Origin: Chloroflexota bacterium
GTDB lineage: Bacteria; Chloroflexota; UBA6077; CF-72
Length of the DNA: 64,000 nt
Direction: 5' to 3'
NCBI GenBank assembly: GCA_035309865.1
Contig: DATGER010000134.1
Coordinates: 5,331 to 69,330, forward strand
Of this stretch, positions 16,556 to 25,569 are shown piece by piece. Every line of letters starts with the position of its first letter. Position 1 is the stretch's first letter. Under the pieces are notes generated by a model. The model did no database searches. It worked only from the letters and a program-made list of their open reading frames with translations, and was not told the DNA's origin. Both the position numbers and the translations under genes were made by a program.

Positions 16556-17830
16556 TCAGAGGTAGTGAGTGCGTACCGCCCAGGCGCGCAGATCGTCGCG
16601 GAACGCGGGGTGCGCGATGCCAATCAGCGCTTCGGCCCGCTCGCGGATGCTCTTGCCGTGCACATAGGCGACCCCGTACTCGGTGACGATGTAGTGCACG
16701 TGGGCTCGCGTGGTCGTCACCCCGGCGCCTTCGGCGAGCGTCGCCACAATCCGCGAAACGGTTCCCTGCCGAGCCGTGGACGGCAGCGCAATGATCGGCT
16801 TGCCACCGAGCGACAACGCCGCGCCGCGCATGAAGTCCATCTGGCCCCCGACACCGCTGAACAGCTGGGTGCCCATCGAATCCGCGCACACCTGGCCAGT
16901 CAGGTCCACCTCGATGGCCGAGTTGATCGCCGTCATCCGCGCGTTTCGGCGAATGATCGCGGTGTCGTTGGTGTAGTCAACCGGGTGCATCTCGATCATC
17001 GGGTTATCGTGGACCCAGTCATACAACCGCTGACTGCCCATCAGGAATGTGGTGACAATCTTGCCGGGGTGCAACGTCTTGGCGGCGCCCGTGACGACGC
17101 CAGCTTCCACCAGGTCCAGCAGTCCGTCGGCGAACATTTCGGTGTGCACGCCCAGGTCGCGTTTGGTGCGCATTGCCGCGAGGGCGGCATTGGGAATGCC
17201 GCCGATGCCCAGTTGCAGCGTGGCGCCGTCCTCGACCAGGTCGGCGACGTACTCGCCAATCCGCTGCTCGGTGGGACTGATCGGCGCATCGGGGTGGGCG
17301 ACGAGCGGGCAATTCGACTGGACCGCCCAATGGATCTGGTCCAGCCGGATGAAACTGTCGCCGAGCGTTCGCGGCACGTGCGCGTTGACCTGCGCGATGA
17401 CGGTGCGGGCGGACTCCGTCGCTGCCTTCGCGGCATCCACCGATGTTCCCAGCGAGCAATAACCGTGGGCATCTGGTGGGCTGACCTGAATGCAGGCCAC
17501 ATCCAGTGGCAGGGCGCCACTGCTGAAGAGGTACGGAATGTCCGAGAGGAAGATGGGCACGAAGTCGGCGCGACCCTGGTTCACCGCCTGGCGAACATTG
17601 GCGCCGATGAACAGCGCGCGATGCCGCAGGTGCCCATCCATGTCGAGGGCGACATGCGGCGCCGGCCCGTCGGCGTGCATGTGCACAATCTCGACATTTT
17701 CGAGCGTCTGGGCACGCGCCACTAACGCGTTGAGCAAGACGGCGGGCGTCGCCGCGGCGCCATGCAAAAACACGCGATCGCCAGACCGCACGTGCTGGAC
17801 CGCTTCTTCCGCGGACACAAACGCGGTCAT
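16556..17830 (-). CDS. Acetyl-CoA hydrolase/transferase family protein (4-hydroxybutyrate/succinyl-CoA:acetate CoA-transferase-like)
   Basis: Start moved to ATG 17830 (MTAFVSAEEAVQHVRSGDRVFLHGAAATP...). SDIPYLF, HTEMFADG and GGQMDFMRGA motifs. 424 aa. Confidence 0.85.
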   Translation of the reverse strand: MTAFVSAEEAVQHVRSGDRVFLHGAAATPAVLLNALVARAQTLENVEIVHMHADGPAPHVALDMDGHLRHRALFIGANVRQAVNQGRADFVPIFLSDIPYLFSSGALPLDVACIQVSPPDAHGYCSLGTSVDAAKAATESARTVIAQVNAHVPRTLGDSFIRLDQIHWAVQSNCPLVAHPDAPISPTEQRIGEYVADLVEDGATLQLGIGGIPNAALAAMRTKRDLGVHTEMFADGLLDLVEAGVVTGAAKTLHPGKIVTTFLMGSQRLYDWVHDNPMIEMHPVDYTNDTAIIRRNARMTAINSAIEVDLTGQVCADSMGTQLFSGVGGQMDFMRGAALSLGGKPIIALPSTARQGTVSRIVATLAEGAGVTTTRAHVHYIVTEYGVAYVHGKSIRERAEALIGIAHPAFRDDLRAWAVRTHYL

Positions 17831-17840
17831 TGCGGGCCAA

Positions 17841-18305
17841 TCATCGCAACTCGCGGCGTTTGATCTCCTCCAGGTGGTGGCGCGCACCGCGCTGGAGCGG
17901 ACCCGGCAACGCGTCGAGTGCAAAGAACTCGAGCTCCGCGACCTCGCCGGGATCGAGCCGGAACTCGCCGCGCATATCCCGGGTCTGAAATGCAACGCCG
18001 ACGTGGTACACCTCGTCACCCGTGGGGTACGTGTGGAAGAACGCCGGCCCCGAGTAGACCTCTAACGGCTCGAGATCGCCGAGTTCGACGCCGATCTCCT
18101 CGCGGACTTCACGCCGGGCGGTCTGCTCGAATGTCTCGCCGGGCTCCATGGAGCCGCCGATCAGGTCCCAGGAACCGTCATCGGTGCGGCGATGGAGCAG
18201 GACGCGGCCGGCGTGGTCGCGGATCGCGACGCACGCTCCAGGCACGATCAGCGCGCGCTGGCCCACTGCGCGACGCAGTTCCTCCAGGTAGCCGCCGGCT
18301 GGCAT
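17841..18305 (-). CDS. NUDIX hydrolase
   Basis: Nudix box GGSMEPGETFEQTARREVREEIGVE. Confidence 0.85.
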   Translation of the reverse strand: MPAGGYLEELRRAVGQRALIVPGACVAIRDHAGRVLLHRRTDDGSWDLIGGSMEPGETFEQTARREVREEIGVELGDLEPLEVYSGPAFFHTYPTGDEVYHVGVAFQTRDMRGEFRLDPGEVAELEFFALDALPGPLQRGARHHLEEIKRRELR

Positions 18306-18310
18306 GTCGC

Positions 18311-19054
18311 TCAGGCCCTCAGTCCGCTGGCGTAGGCTTCGACCTGGTCGCCGAACGAACGCCAGTCCGTGACCACGAAGTCAGCGTCCGTTTCGATCCG
18401 GCCATCGGTGCCGGGCACGTACCGCGCCGAGTGCAGCCCCGCGCGCCGAGCGCCCTCCACATCCAGCTCCTCCAGGTCACCAACGTGCAGCGCCTCGCTC
18501 GGCGTCACTCCGCCGAGTTGCGCCAGGGTGTGCGCGAAGATGCTCGGGTGTGGTTTCGACACGCCGAACTCGTTCGAGAACACCGTGAGCTCGAAGTACT
18601 CGAACAACCCGTGGCGCTTGAGGACCTCGCGCAGGATTTGCCCGCCAACCATGCCGGTGTTGCAAATCACCGCTAGCCGGTAGCCGGCCCGCTGCATCGC
18701 GTGGACGGCGGCGTGGACGTGGGGCATCGCCTCCGGCACTGGCTCCAGGGTCATGTCCGCGAAGACTTGTTCGACGAGCTTGTAGGCGATCATGCCATCC
18801 GGGATCCCGAGCTCGGCTGCCAGGATCGCCCAGCGGCCTTGCGGCCCGACGTCGATCAGGGTCTCGCGGGCGTCGTCGTCGACCCGTCGGAGGCTCCGCT
18901 CGACGGCGTCTGCCAACTCTTCAGCCGTGCACGCATACCCGCCCCTTACGAGCGCCGCCTGCAGCCGTGCCACCCGCAGCGCCAACCGATCGGGCGTCAT
19001 TTCCCCGTCAACCAGGGTGCTCCAGAAGTCGAACGTCACTGCCTTTAGTGTCAC
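18311..19054 (-). CDS. HAD family hydrolase (subfamily IA-like)
   Basis: VTFDFWSTLV (DxD-type motif I variant), ICNTG, SKPHPSIF and HVGDLEELDVEGA motifs. Confidence 0.75.
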   Translation of the reverse strand: MTLKAVTFDFWSTLVDGEMTPDRLALRVARLQAALVRGGYACTAEELADAVERSLRRVDDDARETLIDVGPQGRWAILAAELGIPDGMIAYKLVEQVFADMTLEPVPEAMPHVHAAVHAMQRAGYRLAVICNTGMVGGQILREVLKRHGLFEYFELTVFSNEFGVSKPHPSIFAHTLAQLGGVTPSEALHVGDLEELDVEGARRAGLHSARYVPGTDGRIETDADFVVTDWRSFGDQVEAYASGLRA

Positions 19055-19079
19055 CGTGTCAGCCTGCGCCGTTCAGCTC

Positions 19080-19271
19080 CCCGCATCGCTGCGCCCTGCT
19101 CCGTTGCGGTGCAGCTTCCCGCTGGCGCACCCCCTCGCGGGCACCCCCTCGCGGGCACCCTCTCGCGGGCACCCTCTCGCGGGCACCCCCTCGCGGGCAC
19201 CCCCCGCGGGTAGCTCCCCCGTGTGCAACTCGGCCCCTTGGGGCCAGAGGGAGCGAGCGCAGCGATGCGGG
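19080..19271. repeat. Composite intergenic element: inverted repeat arms flanking a 14-nt x6 tandem array
   Basis: Arms cccgcatcgctgcgccctgctcc (19080-19102) and gggagcgagcgcagcgatgcggg (19249-19271) flank six head-to-tail units gcacccc(c/t)tcgcgg at 19127-19209. Confidence 0.85.
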
Positions 19272-19325
19272 CAGCGGGCAACTCCGCGAGCGGTGAGAGG
19301 CAAACGAACGCAGGCCTGGCAACCG

Positions 19326-19604
19326 TCACTTCCTGCGGAACGTGACGTTCTTGAGCATCAGGTCCAGGTCTTCGACGGTCCAGCCGATCTCTTCCCAGGC
19401 GCGCTGCTGCACCTGGTCCTGCCAGTTGGCGTCGATCCGGCCGCGTTTGACGTGGCCGCCACGCCACCACTGTTCGTACTCGAGGGCCGACGCCGGCAGC
19501 GGCTCGCCGAGCATGTCTTCGACGCGCTTGAAGCCCAGCGTGACCTGCTTCTGGCCTCTGGGCAGCCCGTTGAGAAACGCCCGCAGCGGGTCGTACTTCG
19601 CCAT
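19326..19604 (-). CDS. Small conserved hypothetical protein
   Basis: 92 aa: MAKYDPLRAFLNGLPRGQKQVTLGFKRVEDMLGEPLPASALEYEQWWRG...WEEIGWTVEDLDLMLKNVTFRRK. It resembles a widespread small-protein family (MxKYxPLxxxL...LxFxxIExILGxxLPxSA...WW) whose function I do not know. Confidence 0.6.
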   Translation of the reverse strand: MAKYDPLRAFLNGLPRGQKQVTLGFKRVEDMLGEPLPASALEYEQWWRGGHVKRGRIDANWQDQVQQRAWEEIGWTVEDLDLMLKNVTFRRK

Positions 19605-19641
19605 ACATCTGGTCTCAAGATACTAATCGGGCCCACGCGTT

Positions 19642-19700
19642 TGGACACTTTGCACAACCGCGCGCCCGGAAACTCGGACACTGTACACGTCCCCAGGTGT
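19642..19700 (+). promoter_or_regulatory. Candidate regulatory repeats in the glnA upstream region
   Basis: Direct repeat GGACACTTTGCACA (19642-19655) / GGACACTGTACACG (19675-19688), 33 nt apart, plus TACAC-N8-GTGTA (19683-19700). These lie 150-200 nt upstream of the glnA ATG. Confidence 0.3.
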
Positions 19701-19849
19701 AGGGATCGCCCGGGACAATCGCAGGCGCGGGACGTGCGGCCGCTTTATGAGTGGCCGTTCGCGGAAGGAGCGCCGACAACACGCCGTCGCTGGCCCCGCG
19801 CGACGGCCTCAGACGAGGTGTGCTGACACCGAGAGGAGAGTGCCTCACT

Positions 19850-21313
19850 ATGGCCATTGCGACAGGGCCAAAGATCGCCGAACCCAAGACCTCGCCCAAG
19901 ACTGTACTCGCCCAGGCGAAGGACCTGCAGGTCAAGATGGTCGACTTCAAGTTCATCGACCTGCCTGGCCTCTGGCAGCATTTCTCGATCCCTGTCGAAG
20001 AGCTGGTCGAGGATCTTTTCACCGACGGCATCGGCTTTGACGGGTCGTCAATTCGCGGCTTCCAGAAGATCAACGAGTCCGACATGCTGCTGCTGCCGGA
20101 TCCGGACACCGCGTTCCTGGACCCGGCCTGCACCATCCCGACGCTGAGCATCATTTGCGACGTGATCCAGCCTGGCTCGATGGAGCGCTACTCGCGCGAT
20201 CCGCGCTTCGTCGCCAAGAAGGCGGAAGCCTTTCTGACCGAGTCCGGCATCGCGACGACCGCCTATTTCGGACCCGAAGTGGAGTTCTACATCTTCAATT
20301 CGATCCGCTTCGGTCAGGACGCGCGGTCAGGGTTCTACGAGATCGACTCCGACGAGGGAATCTGGAACAGCTCGAAGAACGGCTCATCCAATCTTGGGTA
20401 CCGGCCGCGCTACAAGGAGGGCTACTTCCCGGTCCCGCCGATGGACAAGCTGCAGGACCTGCGGAGCGAGATCGTGCTCGAGATGCAAAAGGCCGGCATC
20501 AAGATCGAGGTCCACCACCACGAGGTCGGCACCGCCGGCCAGACCGAGATCGACATGCGGTTCGGGACGCTGGTGAAGATGGCCGACCAGGTCCTGAAGT
20601 ACAAGTACATCGCGAAGAACGTCTGCTATCGCAACGGCTACACGGCGACGTTCATGCCCAAGCCGCTCTTCGGCGACAACGGGTCGGGCATGCACACCCA
20701 CCAGAGCCTGTGGAACGACGAGACGCCGCTGTTCTTCGACAAGAATGGCTACGCGCTCCTGTCTGAGATGTGCCGCCACTACATCGGCGGCTTGCTCAAG
20801 CACGCCCCGTCGATCCTGGCGTTCGCCGCGCCGACGACTAATAGCTATCGGCGGTTGGTACCGGGCTACGAGGCCCCGATCAATCTCGTCTATTCGCAGC
20901 GCAATCGGTCGGCCTGCATTCGCATCCCGACGTACTCGAATAGCCCCAAAGCGCGCCGCCTGGAGTTCCGCGCCCCGGATCCGTCATGTAACCCGTACCT
21001 GGCCTTCTCGGCCATGCTCATGGCCGGTCTGGACGGGGTCATCAACAAGATCGAGCCGCCCGATCCGGTCGACGTGGACCTGTACGAAATGCTGTCGCAC
21101 AACGGCACCAGTGGCCCCAAGATTCAGAGCACGCCAGGTAGCTTGCCCGAAGTCCTGGACGCCCTCGAAGCGGATCACGAGTTTCTGTTGCGGGGCGGAG
21201 TCTTCACCGACGACGTCATCGAGGAGTGGATCGCCTACAAGCGCGAGCGCGAAGTCGATCCGATCGCCCTGCGCCCGCACCCGTACGAGTTCCAGCTGTA
21301 CTACGACATCTAG
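19850..21313 (+). CDS. glnA: Glutamine synthetase, type I
   Basis: Start moved to ATG 19850, preceded by [53 protein letters not shown] and [13 protein letters not shown] motifs. Confidence 0.95.
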   Translation: MAIATGPKIAEPKTSPKTVLAQAKDLQVKMVDFKFIDLPGLWQHFSIPVEELVEDLFTDGIGFDGSSIRGFQKINESDMLLLPDPDTAFLDPACTIPTLSIICDVIQPGSMERYSRDPRFVAKKAEAFLTESGIATTAYFGPEVEFYIFNSIRFGQDARSGFYEIDSDEGIWNSSKNGSSNLGYRPRYKEGYFPVPPMDKLQDLRSEIVLEMQKAGIKIEVHHHEVGTAGQTEIDMRFGTLVKMADQVLKYKYIAKNVCYRNGYTATFMPKPLFGDNGSGMHTHQSLWNDETPLFFDKNGYALLSEMCRHYIGGLLKHAPSILAFAAPTTNSYRRLVPGYEAPINLVYSQRNRSACIRIPTYSNSPKARRLEFRAPDPSCNPYLAFSAMLMAGLDGVINKIEPPDPVDVDLYEMLSHNGTSGPKIQSTPGSLPEVLDALEADHEFLLRGGVFTDDVIEEWIAYKREREVDPIALRPHPYEFQLYYDI

Positions 21314-21314
21314 C

Positions 21315-21343
21315 TTGGACAGGGGCCGGAAGGCCCTGTCCAA
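21315..21343 (+). terminator. Hairpin immediately after the glnA stop
   Basis: ttggacaggggcc-ggaa-ggccctgtccaa: a 12-bp stem with one bulged G, starting 2 nt after the stop. No clear U-tract. Confidence 0.5.
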
Positions 21344-21888
21344 CGTTCAAATCGCGTTCGTCCAGGGACCCAGCGAAGCGACGTGAGGCGATTTGGCAGC
21401 ACTGTTGGCAGAACTGTAAGCCGTTTTTCCGTGCCGATTCGTGACAGTTGAGCCGTTGCGATTGACTCGCTCCGCGGCGGCATTTTCAAGCGGGGCAGGC
21501 GCTCCTTCCTGACAGGCGACCCGTGGGTCATCCGACCTACGGGTCGCTCTGTGTGTGCCGCCGGTTGCCCGTGCCTTGGCTGTCTTCGGCGTGGCTCCCG
21601 CGATCAACCGGGTCCGATGCTACCCGACACCGGTCGGCGGACACCCAGCGATAGGCGCAGCGGGTCCACCTTGGCTGGACCGTAGGTCGGCGATCGGTGA
21701 CGCGTGCGCCTGGCCAGCGGAAGGTGTACGTCGAATTTCGGAAGATGCGATGCGGGCTCATGCAGCCCAACGCCGTTGATCCTGCGGGTCAGGTGCGCAC
21801 GATCAGCGTCACACCGCCTGCCCCGGACTGACCGTCCGTCAGGATCGGCCTGGGCGGTAACCTCTGCACGAGTCACAAAGGAGCCCAG

Positions 21889-22275
21889 ATGCCAAACAAA
21901 GAAACCATCAAGGTAGAAATGGCCGGGGCCAATCCGAACCTTTCGCCCGCCACCAGGTTCGGGAACCTCGTGTTCGTCGCCGGGCAGACAGGCCGTCACC
22001 CGACCACCGGAGAAGTGGGCAAGGACATCCGCGAACAAACGCGCAACGTTCTGGAACGGATCAGGGTAGTCCTGGAGGCCGCGGGCACATCGCTGGACAA
22101 CGTGCTCACCGTCACCACGTACCTGACCAGCCGTCAGGATCTGGCGGCTTACAACGAGGAGTACGCGAAGTACTTTCACAACGCCAAGCCGGCTCGGACC
22201 ACGGTCACGGTCGCATCGCTGAACGCACCGGAGCTCGTGATCGAAATCACGGTTACCGCGTGTGTTCCTTCTTGA
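21889..22275 (+). CDS. ridA: RidA/YjgF/UK114 family reactive-intermediate deaminase
   Basis: 128 aa. GNLVFVAGQTG, VLTVTTYL and PARTTVTVASL...IEITVTA motifs. AAAGGAG RBS upstream. Confidence 0.85.
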   Translation: MPNKETIKVEMAGANPNLSPATRFGNLVFVAGQTGRHPTTGEVGKDIREQTRNVLERIRVVLEAAGTSLDNVLTVTTYLTSRQDLAAYNEEYAKYFHNAKPARTTVTVASLNAPELVIEITVTACVPS

Positions 22276-22662
22276 CGGTCGGGCGGACCGGCGTCCGCGG
22301 CCGCTCTGTCGTTCACGTGCGGACCACGGACCGCATCGACCAGCAAGCGGAAGCTCTCAACGCTGCCGCGTGTTGCTCGCGGGATTAGATGATCGTCATT
22401 CGCGACTGTGGGTAACGACGGTTTGGCAGGCTTCAGTGGTGACGGCGATGGTGGGACGGAAAGGATCGTCGGGCTAAATCCTCCGCTTCGGGATCGCGAA
22501 CAGACCAAGGAGCCGTCAGGCCAATGACCCTGAGTCTGCGCGACCCCAGCGAGATGGTCGACGCAAAGGATTCAGGTCAGCCACGTGCTCCCAGCACGTC
22601 TCACGGAAGCCGAAGTTGACCACGCCGAATCGCACCGGCGCTAAAACGCGCCCTGGTTCGTG

Positions 22663-23517
22663 TCAAGCGGCCGCCTGACACGCGGCGAGTGCCGCCTGCG
22701 CGTCGGCCAGGCGCTGTGCGTCAGTTACCGCGTTCTCAATCAACCCCTGCGCTTCCGTCAACAACGCTTGCGCGTTAGCCGCAAGCCCGCTCGCCAGCCC
22801 GTTCGAGGCCGTTGTCGACAGGGCAAACTGCTGGTTGAGCTCCTGCACCCCGAGGCCCTGTGCCCATGCCTGGGCGGCTGCGGCGTACGCACCGCCGTCG
22901 ATTGATGGATCCTGATACATCGCGCTGAGCTGGGTGAGGTCACGCGCTATTTGCGTTGCAAGGGGAGTGAGCTCGGGCGCCATGCCTGCCAGGATGGTCG
23001 ACAGGTTCTGGATTTGATCGAGCATTCCGCTGACAACAGCGTTGTCTGCTATGAGCTGAGCCGCGACGGTATCCGCCCTGGCTTGAAGCACGTCGCAGCT
23101 GGCGGTGACGCACACTCCATTCACGCAGGTCTGGTTCTGACTCGACTGGCAGCAGGTGTCCCCACAGCACGTGCTCCCGGCTGGACAGCAAGCCCCGCCG
23201 TTCGCCAACCCGTTGCCGTGCGCACTGGGGCAGCACACGTCGTCCGGGCCGCAACACACCGCGAGGCCACAACACACCGACTGCGGACCGTTGTTGAAGC
23301 AGCAGTGGACATCGCCTGGACAGCAGTGGGTGGAGCCAGCACTGCAGCACTTGCCGTTGGAACACGTTCCTCGGTCGCCGCAATCGGCCGCGTGAACGGT
23401 TCGTGGAAACGCGGAGAACATACTGGCGGCGACAACGCCCAGCGTGATCCGGAGTGCCCGGTGACGTGGCATTGGCCCCGCGAGGGCGCGTGAGAACTCA
23501 TCGAACAGAACGCTCAT
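22663..23517 (-). CDS. Secreted cysteine-rich (granulin-like CC-repeat) protein with an Ala/Gln/Leu-rich helical C-terminal domain
   Basis: Signal-like N-terminus (...RHRALRITLGVVAASMFSAFPRTVHA/ADCG). Residues 46-141 hold 23 Cys including nine CC doublets (C-x5-C-x4-CC-x6-CC-x5-CC-x8-CC-x4-CC-x5-CC-x13-CC-x5-CC-x3-CC-x7-C-x4-C-x4-C, with THCCPGD). A ~140-aa low-complexity helical tail follows, ending ACQAAA. ATGA overlap with the upstream gene; an alternative start is 23472. Confidence 0.7.
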   Translation of the reverse strand: MSVLFDEFSRALAGPMPRHRALRITLGVVAASMFSAFPRTVHAADCGDRGTCSNGKCCSAGSTHCCPGDVHCCFNNGPQSVCCGLAVCCGPDDVCCPSAHGNGLANGGACCPAGSTCCGDTCCQSSQNQTCVNGVCVTASCDVLQARADTVAAQLIADNAVVSGMLDQIQNLSTILAGMAPELTPLATQIARDLTQLSAMYQDPSIDGGAYAAAAQAWAQGLGVQELNQQFALSTTASNGLASGLAANAQALLTEAQGLIENAVTDAQRLADAQAALAACQAAA

Positions 23518-24605
23518 ACCGTGGCTCGAACCACAGGCGGATGTTGCATGGATTTCACGGCGTTGGACTGGCGCACGGTTTGCGTAAACAGACCGCGCAG
23601 CTCGTCAGCGCCGGCAACGACCGGGCTTGCAATCAGCCCATCTGCTCCGATGAGCACCGCGCTCGGCGTGCCAGCGTACTGGAAGATCGTGGCCACCTCC
23701 CGGTCCTTCTGCAGCAACACCTGACTCAGCCCGTATTCACGAGCTTTTTCGCGATTGACCTCGATGTCACCACTGCTGATCAGAACGATGTTGAGTTTGC
23801 TCGATTGTTCACGTTGCCATCGTGCGACCTCCGGCAGCAGCGCCTTACAGGGGCCGCAGCCGGGATCTGAGAACACCAGCAGCAGCGGCCGACTCGACTC
23901 CAGCAAGGCGCGCAGGGTGACAGACCCACCGGTTAGCCGCGGCAGCGCAAAGTCGGGCGCCTGGCTGCCTATCGCAAGCCCAGCGTGCGACCCGTTTGCC
24001 GCACGGCTAGCCGACGCGGGCGTGCCGATCGAAGCCTCCAGAGCTTCGAGCCGCAGGAGCAGCCGTCCTTGCTGGGAGGTGAGGTTGAGGAGCAACCAGC
24101 CCTCCACAAGGATGAGTCCGATCGCTACCACGACGACGGCCGCGGACACCCACACCAGCGGCGTCAGACCTGCCAGCCACAGGCCCGCGTCGAGCCCGGG
24201 CCCCTGCCAGACGATCACGCCGGCCGCGCCTGCCAGCACGCCGTTGCGTACCAGCGTGGACCATTCGACGGGTGCCGAATGCAGGAGCCCGAAACAGTGG
24301 CAGTCAGGGTGTTTCCCGCGCACCAGGTTGAGACCGATAGCAGCGGCAAATACACCCAGCAGCACGAGCGCACCTGCGCCGGCCCAGCGCGCCGACACGT
24401 TCGCGAGCAGACCGACAGCGACACCCAGCTCTGCAATGGGTAAGCCCCATGCAAGTACGCCGACCAACCAGCCGTCAACGCCAAACTGTCGGAGCGCATG
24501 GCGAGCACCGCTCGGATCCATGAGTTTGGTCGCCCCGGCGACGGCAAACACGACGGCCAGGAGAAGCCTGGCAACCAGCACGCCCTCAAGCATGGAAATG
24601 CTCAC
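23514..24605 (-). CDS. MauE/DoxX-family membrane redox protein fused to a TlpA/MauD-like thioredoxin domain
   Basis: The N-terminal ~135 aa have 4 TM helices and HPDCHCFG (the MauE C-x-C-x-G motif). An extra TM and a coiled segment follow. The C-terminal domain carries APDFALP...LLVFSDPGCGPCKALLPE (CxxC thioredoxin fold). Confidence 0.8.
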   Translation of the reverse strand: MSISMLEGVLVARLLLAVVFAVAGATKLMDPSGARHALRQFGVDGWLVGVLAWGLPIAELGVAVGLLANVSARWAGAGALVLLGVFAAAIGLNLVRGKHPDCHCFGLLHSAPVEWSTLVRNGVLAGAAGVIVWQGPGLDAGLWLAGLTPLVWVSAAVVVVAIGLILVEGWLLLNLTSQQGRLLLRLEALEASIGTPASASRAANGSHAGLAIGSQAPDFALPRLTGGSVTLRALLESSRPLLLVFSDPGCGPCKALLPEVARWQREQSSKLNIVLISSGDIEVNREKAREYGLSQVLLQKDREVATIFQYAGTPSAVLIGADGLIASPVVAGADELRGLFTQTVRQSNAVKSMQHPPVVRATV

Positions 24606-24614
24606 GTCGGGTGC

Positions 24615-25559
24615 TCAATGGACAGTGCGGAGATAGGCGTCAATGGCTCTGAGCTCATCATCACTCCACGTGGCCGAAAACTGGGGCCAGGGCATCATGT
24701 CAGGCGGCAACTGGACTCCGGACGGGTCTGTGCCAGTGCGGATCGTGTTGACAAACTGATCCGTCGACCAGGTTGCCACCAGTGCCACCAGCGACGGACC
24801 GCGTGGCACAAAGGTATTTGTGCCGCCAGTCAGGTTTTGCCCGTGGCACGTGCGGCAGCCCGAGATGTTCAAAAGATACTCGCCATATGTCGCTGTCACC
24901 GCTGCCGGCGGTGCCACCACCGGCGCGGTGGTCGGCGTTTGCGCCGTCATCGGGAGTGCGCCGAAGGCGCCCAGGACTGCTCCCAGCAGGTGCAGCTGAG
25001 TCGGGACGGCAGTGCGTGCGACTGGCGGTTGTGATCGCAGGTACGTGACCAGCGACTGCACATCATCATCCGACATCAGGTGAAAGGTCTCGGCAGGCAT
25101 GATCAACAGCGATCGTCCGTCGGGTGCCACGCCGTCGCGCACCGCGCGAACAATGTCACCGTCGGACCAGCCGGCCAGCGGCCCGGCCGGTGTCAGGTTC
25201 GGTGCGTACAACGTGGCCAGCGGCCCGAGAAAGTCCTCGTTACCGCCGCCGAGCGGGAGTTGTTGCGTCGTCGCATGGCATCCGGAACACAGGTTGGCGA
25301 GATGCTGGCCGCGTGCGAGTCGCTCCGGGCTGGCGGCAATCGGCTGTGTTGCGGCTGGGATGGAGGGCGGACGCTCGAAGCGGTAGACGCCAATCAGCGC
25401 CAGAATCGCCACCAGCGCGAGCACGACGGTTCCCAGCGCCAGAGCGCCGGCGCCGAGCCAACGCAGCACGGCCCCACGCACTCGCCAGGCGCGCGTGGCG
25501 AACCAACCGCCCAGCACGGCTCCGACGAGCAGCCCGGAGATACTGAGGACCAGATCCAT
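24615..25559 (-). CDS. Membrane-anchored diheme c-type cytochrome
   Basis: Two heme motifs, CSGCH and CRTCH, each followed by a distal Met-containing segment (LLIMPAE, DMMPWPQ). N-terminal TM helices. Start moved to ATG 25559 (MDLVLSISG) to avoid overlapping the cupin gene. It resembles the cytochrome c subunits of membrane dehydrogenases. Confidence 0.8.
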   Translation of the reverse strand: MDLVLSISGLLVGAVLGGWFATRAWRVRGAVLRWLGAGALALGTVVLALVAILALIGVYRFERPPSIPAATQPIAASPERLARGQHLANLCSGCHATTQQLPLGGGNEDFLGPLATLYAPNLTPAGPLAGWSDGDIVRAVRDGVAPDGRSLLIMPAETFHLMSDDDVQSLVTYLRSQPPVARTAVPTQLHLLGAVLGAFGALPMTAQTPTTAPVVAPPAAVTATYGEYLLNISGCRTCHGQNLTGGTNTFVPRGPSLVALVATWSTDQFVNTIRTGTDPSGVQLPPDMMPWPQFSATWSDDELRAIDAYLRTVH

Positions 25560-25569
25560 GGGAGTGAGG

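Noticed and set aside
19127-19209. Possible CRISPR array (regularly repeated units). The same question was considered for 53547-53750.
   Set aside because: The units are 14 nt and 51 nt and lie head-to-tail with no unique spacers. There are no cas genes in the window. These are tandem repeats, not CRISPR.
22276-22662. A possible small gene or RNA in the 387-nt spacer between the convergent ridA and Cys-rich protein genes.
   Set aside because: The only ORF (22176..22508, minus) overlaps ridA and has a Pro/Ser-rich, low-complexity translation. No structured-RNA motif or repeat copy was recognised.
24615-25559. Interpreting the diheme cytochrome as MauG (the diheme enzyme of methylamine dehydrogenase maturation), because of the adjacent MauE/MauD-like gene.
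   Set aside because: The protein has N-terminal TM helices, and its sequence pattern resembles the cytochrome c subunits of membrane dehydrogenases rather than a soluble di-heme peroxidase-fold protein. No mauA/mauB (dehydrogenase subunit) genes are present.
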